The notes under the pieces were generated by a model. The model was given only the letters and a program-made list of their open reading frames with translations. It did not search any database and was not told the origin of the DNA. From Escherichia virus TH47, in the sequence record MT446416.1: DNA of 64,000 bases; one strand, given 5' to 3'. A program made the position numbers and the translations under genes. Shown one piece after another: positions 53,891 to 64,000 of the stretch (position 1 is the stretch's first letter; every line of letters begins with the position of its first letter).

Positions 53891-53896
53891 CTTTAA

Positions 53897-56215
53897 TTAG
53901 ATCTTACAACTATCACAATCACCTTCATCTAAGTCAGGTAGTGTAGGCAACACAAACTGTCCTGATTCTGGTTTTGCAGCTTCTTTTAGTACTTTCTCAA
54001 CATCCACTTCATCAGAACCATCATTAGTATTATGATAATACAGATTTTTCAAACCAACTTTGTATGCATACATTAGTTCAGTTAGTAGTGTTGACATTGG
54101 CAACTTACCATCAGGGAAGTGTGCTGGATTGTAACTGGTATTCACACTAATACTTTGGTCAATGTATTTCTGAAGAACACCACAGATTTGTAGATAACCG
54201 ATGTTATCTTTCTGATCCCATAGTAAATCATATTTGTTTTTCAACTTATTGATTTCAGGAACGACTTGTTTAAGAATACCATCTTTAGATAGTTTCTTAG
54301 TTACAAGTGAACGAGGTTTCTCAATACCATTAGTACTGTTACTGATTTGTGCACTAGTTTCTGCTGGCATCAGTGCCATAGTTGTTGCGTTACGAATACC
54401 ATATTGTTTGATATCCTGACGCAATGTTTCCCAATCTTGTTTTAGTTCAGGAGATACCAACGCATCAATATCTTCTTTATAGGTATCAATTGGTAGAATA
54501 CCTTTAGCATATTTTAGTGTATCAAAACCTTCACACTTACCTTTCTCTTTAGCAAGCTGTACAGAAGATTTAATTAGATAATAAGACCATGCTTCAGCCC
54601 ACTCGTTAACTGTTTCCAATGCAGCTTCATTGTAACGTAAACCACGTTTAGCAAGGAAGTATGCAAAGTTAATGATACCAACACCTAATGGGCGATACAT
54701 TTTCGTTGCACGGTCAGCATGAACTACTGGGTAGTCTTGATAATCCAATAAAGAATCAAGAGCACGTACAGAAAGATCACATGCAGTTTCCATATCTTCT
54801 GGACGATCAAAGTTGCCCCAGTTGATTGCACTCAAAGTACATAGACTAATCAAACCTTCACCAGTATTAATATCATCAAATGGCACAGATGGTAGTGCGA
54901 TTTCTTGACACAAGTTGGATTGTTCAATTGGTGCAATTGATTCAATAAAGGTTGAGTGTGTGTTTGCATGGTCAATGTTTTGAATATAGATACGACCAGT
55001 TTCTGCACGCTCAGTCATTAGAGTACTGAATACTTCAACAGCAGATACCGATTTTTTACGAATGCTTGGATCAGCTTCATACTTCTTGTACAGCTTTTCA
55101 AATTCTTTTTGGTTAGAACAGAATGCTTCATATAGCCCAGGAACTTCATTAGGACTAAAGAATGTAATATTCTTGCCATCAACTAAACGTTGATATAGTG
55201 TTTTGTTCACTTGGAAACAATAGTCAAGTTGTCGAACACGGTTGAACTCAGTACCTTTGTTATTTTTTAGTACTACAAGATTGTCAAATTCCAAATGCCA
55301 CAATGGGAAGTGGACGGTTGCTGCACCACCACGTACACCACCTTGAGAGCAGCTTTTAACGGTCTTAGCAGTTGATGCAATGAAAGGAATCAAACCAGTG
55401 TGTACTGCATCACCCGAACGAATCTCGGAGTCCAGAGCACGAATGCGGCCCATATTGATACCAAGTCCAGCTTTACGGGAAATATAACGTAGGATAGCGT
55501 GGTTAGAAGAACCAATACTATCTAGACTATCTCCAACGTTTAGTACTACACAAGAACTAAACTGACGTGTATTAGTACGTAGACCAGCCATGATAGGAGT
55601 CGGGAGACTGATATCAAAGTTACTAACAGCATCATAAAACTTCTTAACATAAGACATACGTACAGAGCGATCATACTCCATAAAGATGATTGCTGCAATG
55701 GTCATATATGCCATTTGTGGAGTTTCGTAGATTTTCTTAGTTACGCGATTCTTATATAGATACTTTCCTTCCCACTGACGCATAGCAACATAAGTGAATT
55801 TATCATCACGTTTATGTTTAATGTAACGTCCAAGCTCTTCAATTTCTTGAAGTGTGTATTTCTCAAGAATTTCTGGATCATAGATTTTTGTATCTACCAT
55901 TTCTTGTAGATGTGCAGTGTACTTGATAGGGTCATAGTCACCATACACTTGCTTACGGATACTATAATTTAGTAAGCGACCAGCAACGTATTGGTAGTTT
56001 GGTGTATCTTCAGAAATAAGTTCTGCTGCTGATTTAATCAGAATATCATGAATAGTATTTGTTTCAATACCTTCAAAGAATTGAAGTTGTGCACGAATTT
56101 CAATTTCGGAAACAGATACACCACTCAGCCCTTCGGCAGCAAAAAATAAAATTTGATGGATCTTATCCAAAGATAACGGTTCTTTTTTTCCATTACGCTT
56201 GGTTACGTTAATCAT
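53897..56215 (-). CDS. nrdA: ribonucleotide reductase class Ia alpha subunit
   Basis: 772 aa; N-terminal ATP-cone (VTKRNGKKEPLSLDKI), catalytic core, C-terminal Cys pair (CDSCKI). Confidence 0.9.
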   Translation of the reverse strand: MINVTKRNGKKEPLSLDKIHQILFFAAEGLSGVSVSEIEIRAQLQFFEGIETNTIHDILIKSAAELISEDTPNYQYVAGRLLNYSIRKQVYGDYDPIKYTAHLQEMVDTKIYDPEILEKYTLQEIEELGRYIKHKRDDKFTYVAMRQWEGKYLYKNRVTKKIYETPQMAYMTIAAIIFMEYDRSVRMSYVKKFYDAVSNFDISLPTPIMAGLRTNTRQFSSCVVLNVGDSLDSIGSSNHAILRYISRKAGLGINMGRIRALDSEIRSGDAVHTGLIPFIASTAKTVKSCSQGGVRGGAATVHFPLWHLEFDNLVVLKNNKGTEFNRVRQLDYCFQVNKTLYQRLVDGKNITFFSPNEVPGLYEAFCSNQKEFEKLYKKYEADPSIRKKSVSAVEVFSTLMTERAETGRIYIQNIDHANTHSTFIESIAPIEQSNLCQEIALPSVPFDDINTGEGLISLCTLSAINWGNFDRPEDMETACDLSVRALDSLLDYQDYPVVHADRATKMYRPLGVGIINFAYFLAKRGLRYNEAALETVNEWAEAWSYYLIKSSVQLAKEKGKCEGFDTLKYAKGILPIDTYKEDIDALVSPELKQDWETLRQDIKQYGIRNATTMALMPAETSAQISNSTNGIEKPRSLVTKKLSKDGILKQVVPEINKLKNKYDLLWDQKDNIGYLQICGVLQKYIDQSISVNTSYNPAHFPDGKLPMSTLLTELMYAYKVGLKNLYYHNTNDGSDEVDVEKVLKEAAKPESGQFVLPTLPDLDEGDCDSCKI

Positions 56216-56257
56216 GTGTCATCCTTGTTATTTTGTTTATACAGTTCTTAAATTTTG

Positions 56258-56280
56258 TGGAAGAAAAAGGCGGGACGCCT
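56258..56280 (-). terminator. rho-independent terminator candidate
   Basis: Hairpin AGGCG-GGA-CGCCT followed on minus strand by TTTTCTT, after stop of ORF 56282-56863 and upstream of nrdA. Confidence 0.45.
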
Positions 56281-56891
56281 TTTAAGGTTTGTCCCACCCA
56301 CGATATACAAATTCTATGTGGTATCCTGAATTTAAATAATCCGCATTAACTATGTCAAATTGCATATTTCCAGTACTTGAATCATAAACTGGATTACTAA
56401 ACAGAATAGATAAAATTGCATCAGTACGATTTGTGTTATTCGACTGTGCAATCATTGTTGAAGAACCAGCAGCAACAATTTGCACTGTACCTGATTCTAA
56501 AATAGTCTCATTGCTATTATACGCGATGTAGTCGATGAATACACGACTTTCACTTTCAATAATAACTTCAACACTCTCTTGGTTTTGTGGAATGTCTACT
56601 TCAAATGGACGGTTGATGATTTTGGATACCGTTCTCCACGGTGAGAATTCGGTAATTATTTCCACGTTCTCTTTACCAGAGTTTGGAACAGTTTCCCATG
56701 TACGCCCAGCAACTAAGCTTGCAGGGTCTGATGAGGAAGGTAGGCCGATGAATACACGACCCACATCAGTACTGAATCCTATCTGGCCTTTTTCCAACGC
56801 GTCTGGTAAGTCACGTTGCTTACCAGTTCTTACTTGCTGTAACGCAATTTGTTGTTGTGCCATAAAAACTATCTCCTATAGTATTATAGGA

Positions 56892-57431
56892 TTATTTAGC
56901 GTTTTCTTTAACTTCAGCAATACGCTCATTGATTAGTTGAGATACAACAGAGCTATCAACGGAAGAAAGAATTGATTCAGGAACTAGGGATTTCAAGTGT
57001 TTTACATAGTTTGCAACACTTTTTAGTTCTTTGGTTTTTAGTGCTTCTTTGATAATATCCAAATCTTCTTTTGAAGCTTCAACACGTTCAATAACAACAA
57101 CGTCTTCTTCTTCAACAACAGGTGCTAGTTCTTCAGCGATTACTTGTACTTCTTCAGATACTTTAATTTGTTCTTCAGTATCTACTACATATGATTCGAT
57201 TACTTCTGGTGCAACATTACGAGATACTTCGTCAACACTAATATCTTCAGCAATTTTCTCTTTGATTACTTCTACTGGTTTTGCACCGCGAGATTTATAA
57301 TCTTTAATATTAACTAAAAGTTTATTTGAAAGTTGTAGTTTGTCAATTTCTTCATCACTTAGTTTGATTACTTCATCTAAGGAGTAGCCTTTACTTTCTA
57401 GTGCACGAATTGTATATAGGTCTTGTTTCAT
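56892..57431 (-). CDS. hypothetical acidic protein
   Basis: Track ORF 56892-57536 overlaps upstream gene by 100 nt; internal ATG at 57431 avoids overlap. Confidence 0.35.
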   Translation of the reverse strand: MKQDLYTIRALESKGYSLDEVIKLSDEEIDKLQLSNKLLVNIKDYKSRGAKPVEVIKEKIAEDISVDEVSRNVAPEVIESYVVDTEEQIKVSEEVQVIAEELAPVVEEEDVVVIERVEASKEDLDIIKEALKTKELKSVANYVKHLKSLVPESILSSVDSSVVSQLINERIAEVKENAK

Positions 57432-57435
57432 TTGT

Positions 57436-58155
57436 TTATGCTGTTCCATTTGATTCAATTTCTCCACGTAAAATATAGTATTGTTCAACTCTACCAATCC
57501 ACATATCAACCGCATCTTTGAAGTCTTGTCCTTCAATAACGAATTCTTGATATTGTAAATTGTTAGGATCTTTTCTTACACAGATGAAAATTACACCACG
57601 CTCAATATTTGTTCCAAACATTTGATTATGCGATAGTGCATATGCAGCGATTTGCATACGGTAATTTTCGATATGTTCCCATGTCTTTAATTTACGGGAA
57701 TTCTTATAGTCCATGATAGAAGGAATCCCATCATGAACCCCAACTAAGTCAGTTGTCCCAGCCCATAATCCTTCATAGAATAAGGGAACTTCCTGACCCC
57801 ACACTTCATTGATTCTAGGCCATGCTTCTTCTTGAATTTTGTCAGCCATTCTACGGGCCAGAACTCGTATCGGCATACCACCTTGGTGGTCAGGCTTTCC
57901 ATCCAGACGATATTCTAAGTTCTCGTGCATAAAAGTACCAACAGTACATGCTTCTAATGTAATCTCATTAGCTTTCTCTTCACCAACAAATTCTCTCCAT
58001 TTTTTCAACCCCTCATTGTCAGAGGTGGCACTAAGAATTGTTGTTACTGACGGCAGATTCCCTGTTGGAGTTGAATAAAGGCGACCTTCGGGGCCGCCTT
58101 CAATTCTTTTGTAATCAACGTATGTATATCTGCTAACAATTGGTGGTGTGTACAT
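57436..58155 (-). CDS. putative PD-(D/E)xK family nuclease
   Basis: 239 aa; DLVGVHD...IMDYKNSRK arrangement resembles PD-(D/E)xK nuclease core. Confidence 0.4.
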   Translation of the reverse strand: MYTPPIVSRYTYVDYKRIEGGPEGRLYSTPTGNLPSVTTILSATSDNEGLKKWREFVGEEKANEITLEACTVGTFMHENLEYRLDGKPDHQGGMPIRVLARRMADKIQEEAWPRINEVWGQEVPLFYEGLWAGTTDLVGVHDGIPSIMDYKNSRKLKTWEHIENYRMQIAAYALSHNQMFGTNIERGVIFICVRKDPNNLQYQEFVIEGQDFKDAVDMWIGRVEQYYILRGEIESNGTA

Positions 58156-58547
58156 CCGTGTACTCCTAATTATAGCATCGTATTTTTGTTTGTCTCAGTT
58201 TTTATTGCTTATTTGCTGCAACAGCAGCTTTTGTTGCCCAATCTTCAACTTGGTCTTCAGAGTTCTGTTCAACTTCACCAGTACTTTCTGAATCATTACC
58301 AGTAAATGTTACAACATCCGAATTCGCATCTTGCACAAATGGCAAAGAGTTTAGAATATCCATCATAACATTATAAGGAACATCAATGTTGGTTCGCTTT
58401 TTGATTTCAGCGATTAAAGATTGTAGGTTCACTTCTTCGCGACCCGATGATACTAAAGACAACGCAATAGTAGTAATCATATTGCGTATGTCTTTACCAG
58501 GAGCCTCTTCTGTAAGATCTTGAAATCTCATTTAGATTCATCCTTAA

Positions 58548-59204
58548 TTATTTTTTAACGTATCCTAGTACACGTTTAACTTTCTTCTCGTTCTCAGATA
58601 GCCAAGTTTTCATTTCTTCTTTGTTTTTGAAGAATTTAGTACCTACAGTACCGCGAATACTTTCCATCTTAATACCAATTTGAGTTGGTTTTACAGATTC
58701 TTTCATTTCACGCTCAGTTGGGACTGGCTCAGAAATAATATCTTCTTCGAAATCAGCATCAGCACCCATGTCGAAAGTTGGGGTGTCAGCCGCAATGTCG
58801 ATATCAACATCTTCACTACCAATATCAGAAACTGCTGGGCCATCTGTGATATCACCAGTTAGTTTTAGAGTTTCAGTACTGATTTTGTCTTTAACATCCA
58901 TTAGAGTAGTAACTGCATGTTGAAGTAGGTGACGAACGCTATCACTAAAGTTCTGTGCAGCATCAAGACCCTGTTCCGCTTTGATACGGTCAAGTAGTGG
59001 GCCTAGAACGTCAACGCCCATGTTGTTGATTACTTCAGACTGACGTTGTAGTTTGTCAACGATTTCACCTTTAACAGAGAGAACGATTTCAGCTTTCTCA
59101 ATATTAGATTCGTTCAATTTGATGAACTTCATTGCTTCAACACGTGAAGCAGATTCCATTAGTTTTTTGTAGTTAGACATTTGAATTTCCTTATAAAATA
59201 TCAC
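58548..59204 (-). CDS. hypothetical protein
   Basis: 218-aa ORF. Confidence 0.35.
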   Translation of the reverse strand: MIFYKEIQMSNYKKLMESASRVEAMKFIKLNESNIEKAEIVLSVKGEIVDKLQRQSEVINNMGVDVLGPLLDRIKAEQGLDAAQNFSDSVRHLLQHAVTTLMDVKDKISTETLKLTGDITDGPAVSDIGSEDVDIDIAADTPTFDMGADADFEEDIISEPVPTEREMKESVKPTQIGIKMESIRGTVGTKFFKNKEEMKTWLSENEKKVKRVLGYVKK

Positions 59205-59213
59205 TAAATTTAT

Positions 59214-59891
59214 TTACTTTATATAACCTTCACTCTTTAGAAAGTTCAGTACACGCTCTTTGAGTTTGTATGCTTCAGCTTTCTTTTCAGCGATGATGAT
59301 ATCTAAATCTTTTGCTTCATCGTACTTCGACTCATTCAGAACACGTTGACGTTTCTGTGCAGCTTTCAATGCTTCGGTAATTACATTAGTATATTGTAAA
59401 CCGGAACTGATGATACCAAGAACTTTTGCATCTGTCAACATTCTTCCTTCGTTGAGAAGGTTTACTAGTGTTAGTGCAGCTTCATACATCATAATATTAT
59501 TCATGATAACTTGAGAACTATGATTACATTTAACACTGTATACTTTTGTTGATTTAGTACCTTGAATTTTTTCTTCTACTAAACTCCAGTTAGTTTTAGG
59601 TTTAGCAGGTGCACGTTGTACAACAGGTTGTGCTGGTTGGTGACCAAGCATGTGTTCATTGTATGGGGCGTGGAATGGGACAACATGTGGATGTGTCTGT
59701 TCTGGATCAACACCATAATTCATACCAGCTTCATTTAATGATGTCAATATGTCGGTCATTGCACCGATATCACCACCTGACTTGTAAGGAACACCAGACG
59801 CATTATGGGTTGCACCAGCTTCAATGTCATTCAAACCGCTTAACAAATCAGCCATCTGATTAACTGATTGTTGATCGTACTCGTAATTCAT
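59214..59891 (-). CDS. hypothetical protein
   Basis: 225-aa ORF. Confidence 0.35.
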   Translation of the reverse strand: MNYEYDQQSVNQMADLLSGLNDIEAGATHNASGVPYKSGGDIGAMTDILTSLNEAGMNYGVDPEQTHPHVVPFHAPYNEHMLGHQPAQPVVQRAPAKPKTNWSLVEEKIQGTKSTKVYSVKCNHSSQVIMNNIMMYEAALTLVNLLNEGRMLTDAKVLGIISSGLQYTNVITEALKAAQKRQRVLNESKYDEAKDLDIIIAEKKAEAYKLKERVLNFLKSEGYIK

Positions 59892-60105
59892 TTATTACTC
59901 CTAACAGTTGAATACTCTTCAGTACCGTCATCTTTCTCAACAATATTTAGGACTCCACGAGATACCATTTTATCCGCTAGTTCCTGATAGTATTCGTTTA
60001 CTTTTTCAACTGGCACGGAACCTCGTGCCTTAATTTTCTGTAATAGTCTATATTCTTCGTTGGAAACCATAGTGTTGTGACCATGAACATTAGGTACAGT
60101 TCTCA

Positions 60106-61068
60106 TTATCGGCCTCGCATACGGTGACAGAAATCAATGATTTGATCTACCATCTCATCATTCTCTTGTTGTGCAGAGTTTGCCATTACACTTTCATCAC
60201 CATAGATATCATCTTCTTTTTCGATATCAGCGATAGCATGAATCATTTCACCCATACCTGGTGCGTGTTGTGTTAGTGGAGATGGTGAATTTGGATTACC
60301 GTCTGGTTCCATACCAGGCTCACCCATCACTTCACTGTTAATTTCTTGTGGAGATTTCTCTTCACGAATTGTAGTACTTTGATTTTGATTGTCAACTGGA
60401 GTTACATCACTCAAAGGAAAAACATTCAATTCGTTTGGCTTAGTGCCACTTTTAGTTACTACCAAAGATTGCTGTGGGTTTTGACCAGCATCGATACCAA
60501 CAACAGGTTCAATTGAATCAGTCCCACTTTGATTCCCAGGAACGCTAACTTTAATGTTATTAGCATTACGTTGTAGTTCTGCTTGTTTAAGTTTTGCTTG
60601 GGTTTGTGGATTAACTTGCTGTTGTTGCTGGGACACATTCATCTTAGCAATCTGTGTAGATTTCAATTGGTTTTCAGGATTTTCCAAGTTAGAGGATAAA
60701 TCTTCAAACACAATAGTTTTTAATTCTTGAATACTCAACTTAGAAACATCAGAGTATGTGAAGTTACTTTTGTATGCTTCAACTAAGTCTTTCATTGTCA
60801 TAGAATCAACTGTCTTATGCCAATCAGAACTTTCAACAATATGTTTAGTTACATTGTCAGTACTGAAGTATGAGAAACTTTCACTCAGTTGTGCTTTGTA
60901 CTTTTGTAAAATTTGAAAAATTTCACGGTTATCTGAATTATCCATAGCGGCATTTAGTGTGATGAAATCACCTGCATCCATATTATCCAGAACAACAGAA
61001 ACATCAACATTCAAATTATGTGCGTCAGCAAACTTCTGTAGCTCCGCTGCTGTTTGATTTATATCCAT
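60106..61068 (-). CDS. hypothetical protein with Gln/Asn-rich central region
   Basis: 320-aa ORF. Confidence 0.4.
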   Translation of the reverse strand: MDINQTAAELQKFADAHNLNVDVSVVLDNMDAGDFITLNAAMDNSDNREIFQILQKYKAQLSESFSYFSTDNVTKHIVESSDWHKTVDSMTMKDLVEAYKSNFTYSDVSKLSIQELKTIVFEDLSSNLENPENQLKSTQIAKMNVSQQQQQVNPQTQAKLKQAELQRNANNIKVSVPGNQSGTDSIEPVVGIDAGQNPQQSLVVTKSGTKPNELNVFPLSDVTPVDNQNQSTTIREEKSPQEINSEVMGEPGMEPDGNPNSPSPLTQHAPGMGEMIHAIADIEKEDDIYGDESVMANSAQQENDEMVDQIIDFCHRMRGR

Positions 61069-61959
61069 AATTACTCCATATAAAATAAAAAAGACCTCTG
61101 TCTTGCTTTATGATATTTATCACAATTAAGAAAAGGTCTGTTTGCTGATGCTAATATTTGTATCATTACCTGTTGTGATAAATTTTGTAATTCTTTTACC
61201 ATTTAATTCTGTAGGTAAAACTAATGGTATTCCATTCAAACGCAAATCAACATCCATTGGTATTGCGAATTTGAAAGTACTAAGAGTACATTTACCCCAT
61301 GAAACTGGAAGATTATAGAAAGATGCGTTGTTATCTTTATATAGATCTATTTCAGTTTTTACTACACTTACCATCATGGGATAATCATGTACCATAATAG
61401 CCTCCAACAATCTCGACAAATTCATAGCACCGGTGAACTTAGAATCGATGATTGTTGGAGTTGTACCATCACCTATATCTACAACAGTATTAATTGTGTA
61501 GAAAGTATATGGTTTCATTCATTATCCTTATTTTTAGTCTCAACAACTTTATATCCAAAGAAATTTGTAGGAGGCATTCTTCGAAGTAATGGGTAATTTA
61601 ATCCAGTACTAACCGATGCTACTGCACCTGCTGATGTAGCACCAGTAGAAGCATTTTCTTTTAGTTTAGTTTTCTTCTTCATATCAATTCCCTTTATTAC
61701 GTTTTTCGTCAAGTGCTATGTTCTCCAAGCCCTTCTGAAACTTTTTATAATCTCGATTCTTAATACTAAGAAATAAACGTTTCTTCAAATCTTCAGCATC
61801 AGTTTGGTTAAATTCATCTTCGATACTCTCCAATAAATGAATAACAGAGTTGATTGCATGATCTGCACGATTACCAAAACTCTGTAACGTATCTTTCTCT
61901 GGTGTATAGTCAACTATACTATCAAGTAGATTCTTTTTATTGGATTTACTAGACATTCA

Positions 61960-63480
61960 TTATTTCCTTTGATTTAACCATTGCTTCATTGCATTTACAC
62001 GATCAGTACCAATGTGAGGCTGTTGAGGCTGGGATTCAGTTTGTGTAGAAGTGATTGGATCACTATCTGTATTTAGTGTTACGCTTTCAACACTTGATGT
62101 AGTGCTTGGTTTAGGAGCACCAGACAGCGTATGACGCAATGTTTGCATCGTACTTGGTGGCATTGCCATATTACCACCACCAACCTTAGAGACACCACTA
62201 TGACGGAATCCTGACCCATCAGTTTCTAGTTGTTGGATTGTTGTTGCATGATCTAAAACACGAAGTGAATCAATATCGTAAGACATACGCAAACGTGAAC
62301 CAACTGCACTACTGTTACGTGTTTTCTGGAAGTCGAACCAAAGTTCACCAGTTTCTTTACGTGCTTCAATGTAGATTACGTTATCCGCAGTATAGATTTT
62401 AGAAATACCACCAGCAATCTGACTTTGACTTTTCTTGTCTTCATCCATACCACTACGGTTAAACTGTGACGCAGTGAATACGGTCAAATCCATTTTGGTT
62501 GCTAGTGCACGCAATTCTTCAGATACAAATTTATCTTTTGTAAATGTATTAGATTTATCATTAGGACCAAGACGATTTGATGTTAATAGGTCAAGGTAGT
62601 CCACACAAACATAATCTAATTTGACTTCCATTTTAATTTGCAATTCACGAAGATAACTTTCAATATCATCAGTGGTTGTTACGGATTCTGGTAAACGTTT
62701 AATACGCAATATACCACTATCCTTGCCTTCCATTTGAACTCGTAGACCAATCTTTTCAGCTTCGTTCTTAACGTTACTTAGCTTAGATTCAGTCATCATA
62801 CCATAGATACGAACGGCTACCAACTCTTCTGCTAGTTCTAGTGAAATGTATGCACCATTCATACCAGCCTTAGCAAAGTTAACTGCTAAGTTCTGTAGTA
62901 CTACTGATTTACCACCACCAGACGCTGCTGCAAAGATTTCAAGTTCACGGCGACCAAAACCACCGAATAGTTTATAGTCAAGGGTTTCCCATCCACTCTT
63001 GAATGAACCTTGCATAGTGCTCAATGAACGAATGGTATCTTCTGGATTTTCAAAGATATCAAGACCCAACTCATTCTGTACAGATACTAACATAGCTTCA
63101 CGAATGAGTTCTTCGATGCCACCATATTTTTTCTGATGTACTAATTCCATACCTTTCTCTACTGCTAGAGCTAGAGCTTTGTGACGGCAAAACTCACTAC
63201 AGGTATCCAGTACTGCCTGTTTATGAAGTTCTTGTACTTCATACTGATCATACTGATAACCACCTTTCACTTCGATATCTTTCAGTGTAGGGGATGAACT
63301 ATATTTTGCTGCATAATCATGAACGTACTGAATACTTTCATGAAATGTTTTATCAAAATATTCTGGCTTTAGAATATTTTTACAACGTACAAATAAATCT
63401 GGATTACTGAAAACTTGGGATAGTAAGTATTGTTGTGCATTAATCCCATACTGTTTGACGTCCACTGTGCTTTGAATCAT
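61960..63480 (-). CDS. 41: replicative DnaB-family helicase (T4 gp41-like)
   Basis: 506 aa; Walker A AAASGGGKS, RecA-like core, downstream of primase as in T4. Confidence 0.85.
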   Translation of the reverse strand: MIQSTVDVKQYGINAQQYLLSQVFSNPDLFVRCKNILKPEYFDKTFHESIQYVHDYAAKYSSSPTLKDIEVKGGYQYDQYEVQELHKQAVLDTCSEFCRHKALALAVEKGMELVHQKKYGGIEELIREAMLVSVQNELGLDIFENPEDTIRSLSTMQGSFKSGWETLDYKLFGGFGRRELEIFAAASGGGKSVVLQNLAVNFAKAGMNGAYISLELAEELVAVRIYGMMTESKLSNVKNEAEKIGLRVQMEGKDSGILRIKRLPESVTTTDDIESYLRELQIKMEVKLDYVCVDYLDLLTSNRLGPNDKSNTFTKDKFVSEELRALATKMDLTVFTASQFNRSGMDEDKKSQSQIAGGISKIYTADNVIYIEARKETGELWFDFQKTRNSSAVGSRLRMSYDIDSLRVLDHATTIQQLETDGSGFRHSGVSKVGGGNMAMPPSTMQTLRHTLSGAPKPSTTSSVESVTLNTDSDPITSTQTESQPQQPHIGTDRVNAMKQWLNQRK

Positions 63481-63506
63481 TTATGTTCCCTCATTTATAT
63501 CCTGTG

Positions 63507-64000
63507 TTACATCCACTTATCCGTTTGTGCTTTAATATAGAAAGGCTCGTCAACTATACTATCATGTATCAGTTGTAAACAAAATAATCTTCCAAATCTA
63601 GCACATGCTTCGTCAAAATCTTTAATGTGACGTATAGTACTTCCAACACGTACTGCCCCAAAATCTGGGAAAGAAACACTAAATCCATATTCGAGTGCTT
63701 GTTCGATTGTTTGTAATCCATCCTTATCACGGTCTGGTACGATAACAATCTTTTTACCTTTTTCTTGTGCAGCTTTAAGTACATCTATTTGTACTGCTGA
63801 CAATTTAAAGTTATTTGCAGAAACACCACCCATTAGTGCTGCATCCATTGGACCTTCACAAACTAATATAGTTTTAATTCGTTCATCTTGTAACAGATCA
63901 TAATTATATAGAATATTAGTACTGACCTGATTAATAAAACGATAGGTACTTCCTGGGTCTTTAAGTTTGTGTCTAGCAGTATATCCGATAATTTTACCGT
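63507..64000 (-). CDS. 61: DNA primase (T4 gp61-like), C-terminal part; gene runs off window end
   Basis: Reading frame stays open upstream of the track ORF to the window edge; Toprim motif ILVCEGPMDAA and DRDKDG. Confidence 0.7.
   Translation of the reverse strand, partial: GKIIGYTARHKLKDPGSTYRFINQVSTNILYNYDLLQDERIKTILVCEGPMDAALMGGVSANNFKLSAVQIDVLKAAQEKGKKIVIVPDRDKDGLQTIEQALEYGFSVSFPDFGAVRVGSTIRHIKDFDEACARFGRLFCLQLIHDSIVDEPFYIKAQTDKWM

Overview
AT-rich phage DNA with T4-like (Tevenvirinae/Straboviridae-type) gene content; almost every gene is on the minus strand. The high-coordinate two thirds (about 27-64 kb) is a DNA-metabolism/replication module: partial gp61-like primase, gp41-like DnaB helicase, class Ia ribonucleotide reductase (nrdA, nrdB), dihydrofolate reductase, RNase HI, Dda-like helicase, an IF3-like protein, split type II topoisomerase (gp39/60-like and gp52-like), GroES-like co-chaperonin, gp44-like clamp loader, HAD phosphatase and DexA-like exonuclease. 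The low-coordinate third (about 1-27 kb) is an accessory region: a tRNA cluster interleaved with three HNH homing endonuclease genes, one tRNA (anticodon CAT) interrupted by a 230-nt group I intron, sigma70-like promoters sharing a CAGTACTGA-TATAAT core, tandem small-gene paralogs, and at least 14 paralogous ORFs sharing an internal EE-x-x-F-Q-x-S-[TL]-[VI] motif. A C5-cytosine DNA methyltransferase is interrupted exactly at its catalytic Pro-Cys motif by a 343-aa intein with a LAGLIDADG homing endonuclease. All calls rest on reading the sequence and translations and on recalled family motifs; no database search or folding program was run. Most remaining ORFs are hypothetical.
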